Assembly (NCBI GenBank): GCA_013115145.1
Contig: JAAPAO010000091.1
Coordinates: 19,300-83,299 of the forward strand
Direction: 5' to 3'
DNA from: Perkinsus chesapeaki ATCC PRA-425
Lineage: Eukaryota > Protista > Perkinsozoa
Length of the DNA: 64,000 nt
Part shown: positions 57,722 to 64,000 of the stretch, piece after piece
Numbering within the stretch: position 1 is the first letter of the stretch
Layout of the letters: every line of letters begins with the position of its first letter
Notes under the pieces: generated by a model
Seen by the model: only the letters and a program-made list of their open reading frames with translations
Told to the model about the DNA's origin: nothing
Database searches by the model: none
Position numbers and translations under genes: made by a program

Positions 57722-59994
57722 GGATAAAAAAGCTAAGGGACCACAGGGATCGGCGAGCTGGGTGGAGCAAACTCAAAAGTGGTGCAAGTTGAAGGTCTAG
57801 CCATGAGGTTCAAATATGATACCGGTGAGATGGATCCAACAGTGTGCATGACCCATGACCCAAAAGATCGACCCGTCGGGGTGCAACTTAATTTTACACG
57901 CGTTCCCTGTCGAAGAAAACGATTAATGTAAAAGCCGACATCGAACTAGAGGAACGGCTACCTAGAATATCCGAGGCTGTCAGGAATCTTACATAACGGG
58001 CTGGTCTAAAGCCGGACGGGAGGCATGCAACTTTGATGGGGAGAGCTGCGTGTCGAGCACCTGTAGAACTGTAGTAGTAACTGTCAGATGAGGCATACTA
58101 ATATCAGCATAGTCCCGAGTGTTGCCGATACAGCCCTCGATGACAACGACTCCGCCACTTCTGGTAGCAGTCGCGTGGCCGTACTCCTCGCTCCGATGTT
58201 TGAAACCACTGCACAGGGAAAGAACCTGCACGCGCAGAGAGCACGGCATAGGAGGACGGTCACAAAGTGCCACGCTACTTTCTGACAGGAATCCCCCTCG
58301 TGCACATCTCTGGTGAATGGTAGGGCCGGAAGCCACAAACGGCGCTCACATTCCAGACGGTCATCGGTACGCATCCATACACAACCGTCATCATCTATCA
58401 CTACATGAACTATACCGTACTCTTCCTCGGTGCTGCAGGTTGCGTACACTGCAGAAACACCAAGCTTGAATAGGTCACTATGCACCAAAGACCACCTAGC
58501 TTTCGAGAGGGTTTAGGGATGCGCTCCTTCCCCTGCTGTCCTGCTTCCTTCGCACCATGCCACGTCGCAAGTGTGCGTTCCTCGAGGGTTTGCATGATCG
58601 CCTAACCAGCAGAGCTGGCTGTCCGTAACATATTCGATAAATGTATCATCGATATTTCGACTTCGATTGCTAAGCGGCCACAAGGGAGTAACTGCTGTGG
58701 TCAAAATGTCACCGTTTCATCGTCGAAGCCGGAAACGCTCCTCCGTCGATGGCTGTGTTCTTCAATGGCGGGGTCGGCAAAGCCTTCCAGACTGCAAAGC
58801 AACAAAGGCTCGAAATTGCCCTCTTGCTCAACGTCGACGAAACCGCACAGAAAAACCTGAATCATCCACAGGGGGCCACATAGGGTATGGTGTGCACCGA
58901 CCTACATTCTTATCAAAAGCGGAAGACGCCGCCATTCCGAGGTAAATCGGGGGCCTTTGGGGAAGGAAGAGCTTCCGGTGCTTCGTGTGGTGACACATGC
59001 TGAGGTCGATAGCTACTCGGCCATCAATCGAAACTCGATCGCAGCAGTCAATGTGAAGGGCCTTAACCGAGCCCGTCGATTGAGCAACCTCAACTATGCA
59101 GAAGGGAACATGGGGACCTGAACCACTACGTTGAGAGGAGAAATATAATCATTCGAGTTGACGCCGCCACACTTTTCTCGCTTATGTAGTTGCGGCGGTT
59201 CAAGTCCATCTGCTCCTTATCATATTCGGCAGGATAGACTGTATCACCGAACGCTGCCAATGACACATATGTCTCCGACCTGACCAATGTGGGCTCGCCG
59301 TGGGTACTTGTTAGCTCCGAACTGGTAACTCACGGTCGCATGTGAAATGGCAGTTCTGTGATACACGGTTGAGTGGGACATAATGGAGCTTCATTTGGCT
59401 GCCCATAGCGTACTAGACCAAGGGATCTTGAAGAGATGTAAACGGGCAATACTAGGAAGCTTACGAGAACTCTTCCTTCTGGTTTACATAACAACAGGTC
59501 CCTTGTAATACAACGAGGCTGCCCCGCTGGATGGCGTCCTGGAAATGGCATGCGTCTCATACAGGTAGAGATCACTATGGTTGAGGCACGTACTAGTCGA
59601 CTGGGCTCGGAGAAGTTCGCCTTGCGTGACGCCGTTTTGGTGTCACATCTCGCCTCCTCGTAATGGTCCCCATTCCAGAACGGATTTAAAGGAAGAGCCA
59701 CTGGAGGGTGCCTCATTGGCTGGTATTACAGTAATGCTAAGAATGCCGAATGAGCAGTCGTGGAAGACTCGGGATAAATTCTCAACATTTTTTGACGACT
59801 ACTTGCTTGTCGTCATTACCATCTCAACGAAGCCAGTTGGGCATACGTACATAACGCGTCTTTTCGATAAGCGCTAGGACTATATCGAAATAAGTAGTTA
59901 GAAGTGGCGAGTAAGAACACAGTCTCTCGAAACATTCCCAAAGACGTGATACTCTAGATGTACTGGGAGCACGCTGCCCATCTCCAGCCATGAC

Positions 59995-62336
59995 TCATAA
60001 CGCAACACGTGATGCCTGTGACACGAGTGGAGCATGCCTCAGCAGACTCAACGGATCGAAGCCTTTGCAGCCTAAAGCGGTAACAATGTGGTAGACGATC
60101 TGTTCGACAGTGGCACAGCCTACGTTGCTCGGCCTAGGACCCACGCCGCTGGATGAATCAGAGGAATAGCTCTCGTCAGAACTGCTCCTCGATGAAGATG
60201 GTGTGAGGCTGTCGGGAGCTCTGCTACTAACACTAGGATCGGTACCAAGCCCTGTCTTTATGTGTTGCACTTTATCGCCAGCGATACAGCAATAAACCCC
60301 AAGTCGTAGAGACATGTCATCAGTGTAGATTGAGGATGAAGAGTTCGTCGATCTTCGCAGAGGGTAGATGTCCTGTACAAAACCAACGACTGTACATATT
60401 ATACATTCCTGCCTTACAATAGTCTCATCGTCGTTATCGCCTTGGGCCGTGCGATAACTTCGTGGATGAACCACCCGAATGAACTCTGTCCTCCCTATGC
60501 CCTCTTGGCGGCACGGCTCGCCTTGCGCTGTCCGCCAGACACACGTAACCTGGGAAGACCCATGCAACGTGCAAGTCAGACGAGAATGGCCATACGTTGA
60601 CAGTGAAGGTCATCCCTTCAGTGTAGGGAAGGAACAACACCCGCCCCTGCCAATCACCCCTCATCGCCCCCTGCAGCGAAATCAATGATAGAGTGTTCCT
60701 GATGTGTTGACACTTACCTGCGAGTCGACAGTGCCTGATGAATCTGGGGTACTGAGTTGCGCGTAGAACATTTCTAGGCCCCATCCAGCCGAGTTTGGTA
60801 TAGGCGTTATAGAGTAAAGCTTAACTGCCACATAAGAATAGGACAGAGCCTGGTGCAACAGGGACTCCAGCTGAGCTATTCTGTCTGCATTATCGGAGGA
60901 CCTTCCCTGCTGAAGCGTTAACGGTCGAGCATGAGTTCTACGATTACTGGGATACCTTAGCGACATGTTTGGTCTGTTGTCCCTCGATAGTGCGTTGAGA
61001 CCGCCGTCGAGACGTCACACGCTCCATCATCACCTCACGCTCGCGCCGGTGTCTTTCCTTATCTGCTCTTATCTACACATGAGCACACTGTCTCCGCGGA
61101 TGGGTACAACTAATTTACATTAGTGAGTTCGCTTTCGAGAGCCTTCCGGACCTTCTTGTCATGGGTAACGCGCTGCGCAGCTCTCACAGCAGCCTCTAGC
61201 TCTCGCTCAAGATGCACCACTCTGAATAGATACGCTTACTCCTGGCTCGTAGTGGCCACTATCTCACCGCTCGTGTTCCCTGTCTAGGGCCTCCTCCAAG
61301 CCCTTAACGTATTCTTGGTTCACGTCGCTTCTTCCACTGCTCATGCTGCCGCTCCTAACCGAGTCTGCCTCACGAGCAGCCTAAGTAAGGAGTATCCCTA
61401 CTATCCAATAACCTGACTCACTTTCCTGTGAGCGTCTCTTAATTCTTCTTCTAGCTTATCATTCCTTCGAAGTGCAGCCTTCAGTTGTCGTCTCAAATCG
61501 GCGACCACCTCAGGATCAGCGTCAGGCTGACCTGTAAAAGCATCGCTGTTCAGGTGAGCAACACCTATGGTATGCCTCTGATAGTCGTCCTTTGGGCTTG
61601 CGTGCCACTTAAGCGTCTACGCGGGCCCCCGACATCAGCCCCTCCCTCCTCCCGCTTCAGTTGTGCTATCTGTCTCTCTTGCTGTATTTGCTTCTCGCGT
61701 TGTTCTGCTAATTCAGCCTCCAGTTTGGCTAGCCTTTCCAGAGTCGCCTCCGCCAAACCTTAACTCTGTTTTGTCGTTACACCATAAGGACCACAACTCA
61801 CCGACAGGCTTGAAGGTGATCCGCTGGCTGTACTCATACAGCCAATCGTTGCTGGACCACATAGGGCTTCCAGGATCCTTGCCAGCTTCGGTAAGGTTAA
61901 CAAGCAAGTCTATCCCCGACAAGGCAGAGGGATCATCAATATCAGCAAGGCAAAGTGTCATGACGATAATCTGGACTGATTCATCCTGGAACGCCGCCTC
62001 GAGCGCAGCTTACCCTTTCCTTGCGGATGTCAGTCTCAAGCTCTCGTATTCGCTGGGGGTGCACGTTGAAGTATTGCGACAACGCAGTGGGTATATTTTC
62101 ACGCGCCCCGGTGATGTCCAATGGCTCCTCAGCGGCAGTCGCGATCTGAGCGCAGCTCCTATGGACCTCATCGCTGCTTCTTGCCCTACCCATGCTTCAA
62201 AGAGCCAATAGTCTCTGGAAAACGAACTCGTTAAAGCGAAATTCTGAAGGCCTCGACGGAACTCGGGCCCCTCCGGCTCATAGTGGCCGTGAAGGTGAGT
62301 CGCTGTTTGGTTCGGAGGACACGGAGGCGGGGGCAC
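59995..62336 (-). CDS. Multi-exon hypothetical coiled-coil protein (boundaries approximate)
   Basis: Chain of GT-AG-bounded frames including EATLERLAKLEAELAEQREKQIQQERQIAQLKRE, DRIAQLESLLHQAL and a Ser-rich tail. Confidence 0.4.
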
Positions 62337-62653
62337 CTATTTTAAGGTGATGAACTGTTCGCCGCTTGAAGGCGTCGGGAACAAGGTGTATAAGAACTCG
62401 GAAGAGAGTCGAAAACGAACGCTATAAATTGAGATACGAGACATCCGAAGGTGATGTTTGTATCTGGCAATGGCTGTTCAACGTGGACATTTGGTGTAAT
62501 GTCGCATGACGCTCTGTTCCATTTTTGCGCTAGCCGTTGTAGGAACTACTTCATCAAAAATCATTATTCGGAAGTTGATAGATACTTTCAATATTACGAT
62601 TGAAATTATAATTTTTTGTCCCAAAAATAGAGTTCATCTTTTATTGGTTAATT

Positions 62654-63289
62654 TTAAGCCCACGACTGTTGAACACTTACTTTGGGTGTCGGAGCTAATT
62701 GATGTATTTCTGCTATAAGTGGATTATGCCCTTCATTATGTTTTGAATCGGTTAAAGATAAATCGCCTCGATAATAGAAGTGACTCCACATGTCCAATAA
62801 AGCCTCGCTTGCTTGCCTCACTGGTGTAACATAATCTAATATTATTTTTGTCGCTCTGCTACTCACAGAGTTCTTCTGACCGGAAACAGATAGATCACCA
62901 GATGTCATTTCATTAACCAATCGATAGAAAAGCATACAAATGCCCGTCAAGCTTTGTGCAGTAGATTTTAACTGTCGTTGAACTGAGCTATAACGAGACT
63001 CTAGTTCAGATACATGAGTCTCCAAGAGAGCTACTTTATCTTCTGCATTCATCAAAAGCGGCGACTGCGATCCAACAGACGTAGCGAATCGGATATTCTT
63101 TGGTTGCAATGGTGGTGAAGTTGTTGTTGATCGGATAGGTTCAGCATTGTGAAGTGAATGAAGCACTTCCAGGGCAGCTGCTCCTCTAATCCGAGAAGTG
63201 CTTTTTACACCTTCACGAATGAGACGTTGCATTGATGGGGAAACCATTGACTTTTCATTATCAGACGGGGATCCGTTATTAGCAGTCAT
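62654..63289 (-). CDS. Intronless hypothetical protein with short coiled coil
   Basis: Open frame from MTANNGSPSD.. with EDKVALLETHVSELESRYSSVQRQLK. The upstream in-frame extension looks like UTR. Confidence 0.6.
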   Translation of the reverse strand: MTANNGSPSDNEKSMVSPSMQRLIREGVKSTSRIRGAAALEVLHSLHNAEPIRSTTTSPPLQPKNIRFATSVGSQSPLLMNAEDKVALLETHVSELESRYSSVQRQLKSTAQSLTGICMLFYRLVNEMTSGDLSVSGQKNSVSSRATKIILDYVTPVRQASEALLDMWSHFYYRGDLSLTDSKHNEGHNPLIAEIHQLAPTPKVSVQQSWA

Positions 63290-63642
63290 AATAATGAAAA
63301 CTAAAAAGTAGAACACGTTCACATTGTCAAAACACAAGAAGATACGAGACAATAGTTTGAAGCTGTGAGTTATTGCAAGTGCATAAACTATAGTCCAGCT
63401 AGCATGGCTAAAACAGCATATCAGAAGGACGAGTAGGATATGAGGACACAAAGCACCCACCATGTAAAACAGTGGGAATAGCTAATGTGATTCACACAAT
63501 GACATTACTTCATCACAATTGTCTCTGGAGGACGCTAGTATCAGTGATCGATTAAACTTGATAATAATAATTAACAGACTATAATAATCTATTCATTTAC
63601 TTATTTGCAGTTCGTTGGTTAAGTAGTCCTCCATTTTCTAAA

Positions 63643-64000
63643 ATGCGTTCCTTCATCTTTGCGATTCTTGCTTCTGTTGCAGTGGCCACGGAAGATCCAT
63701 GTACTGAGATGTGTTCCTATATTAACGGATGCGCTGATTCTAAGTACGGATCATATTGCAAATCCTGGTTGACTAATCCTATCTGCTTTGGTTTGGCTAA
63801 AATGTCTGATGGTTCTATTTGCTTCCAACCGACTGATCCTCAGTGTAACGGTGAGCCTATCGCCTGTGATACGACGAGCACTCCAGAGGCGACCACAAGT
63901 GAAGGGCCTGTCAGCACCTCGTGGACAACTACCGAGGCCGCTGAGACCAGCACTACCGGCGCGGTGACCACTACCGAGGCCGCTGAGACCAGCACTACCG
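63643..64000 (+). CDS. Secreted Cys-rich protein with Thr/Glu-rich mucin-like tail (truncated by window end; not in the ORF track)
   Basis: MRSFIFAILASVAVA signal peptide, then an 8-Cys domain (CTEMCSYINGCADSKYGSYCKSWLTNPICFGLAKMSDGSICFQPTDPQCNGEPIAC), then TTEAAETSTTGAVT repeats. Confidence 0.85.
   Translation, partial: MRSFIFAILASVAVATEDPCTEMCSYINGCADSKYGSYCKSWLTNPICFGLAKMSDGSICFQPTDPQCNGEPIACDTTSTPEATTSEGPVSTSWTTTEAAETSTTGAVTTTEAAETSTT
63928..64000 (+). repeat. 42-nt coding tandem repeat (TTEAAETSTTGAVT)
   Basis: actaccgaggccgctgagaccagcactaccg is identical at 63928 and 63970; the array continues off the window. Confidence 0.85.

Noticed and set aside
57800-59900. Short ORFs and exon-like segments (e.g. 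58084-58488 minus)
   Set aside because: Probably one or more multi-exon hypothetical genes, but no consistent splice model or motif could be supported.

Overview
Gene-dense eukaryotic nuclear DNA from an intron-rich flagellate protist. Short (~40-50 nt) GT-AG introns, an axonemal dynein, eEF3 and a secreted Cys/Thr-rich protein suggest a Perkinsus-like myzozoan alveolate (inference, not confirmed). Firm calls: a DNAH1-type axonemal dynein heavy chain (~10.4-26.1 kb, +), an intronless eEF3 (26635-29712, +), RNA polymerase II RPB1 (32528-40981, -), COG6 (42489-46424, -) with a tRNA-Pro(UGG) inside one intron, PRA1, a cystinosin-like PQ-loop protein, TMEM135-like and TMEM144-like proteins, and a multi-WW protein. 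The most striking structure is the RPB1 CTD: 27 heptads (mostly YSPTSPA) are split by six introns that all sit at the same nucleotide of the heptad, so the internal exons encode exactly 5, 7, 5, 3 and 2 repeats. Other points of interest are a GAT-like/coiled-coil/AP-2-alpha-ear protein (candidate micropore/K13-complex-type adaptor), a tandem pair of orphan membrane-protein paralogues with shared intron positions, and a weak tRNA-like Pol III candidate. No transposon, CRISPR or rRNA was found. Multi-exon coordinates are gene spans from manual splicing, and the termini of hypothetical genes are approximate.
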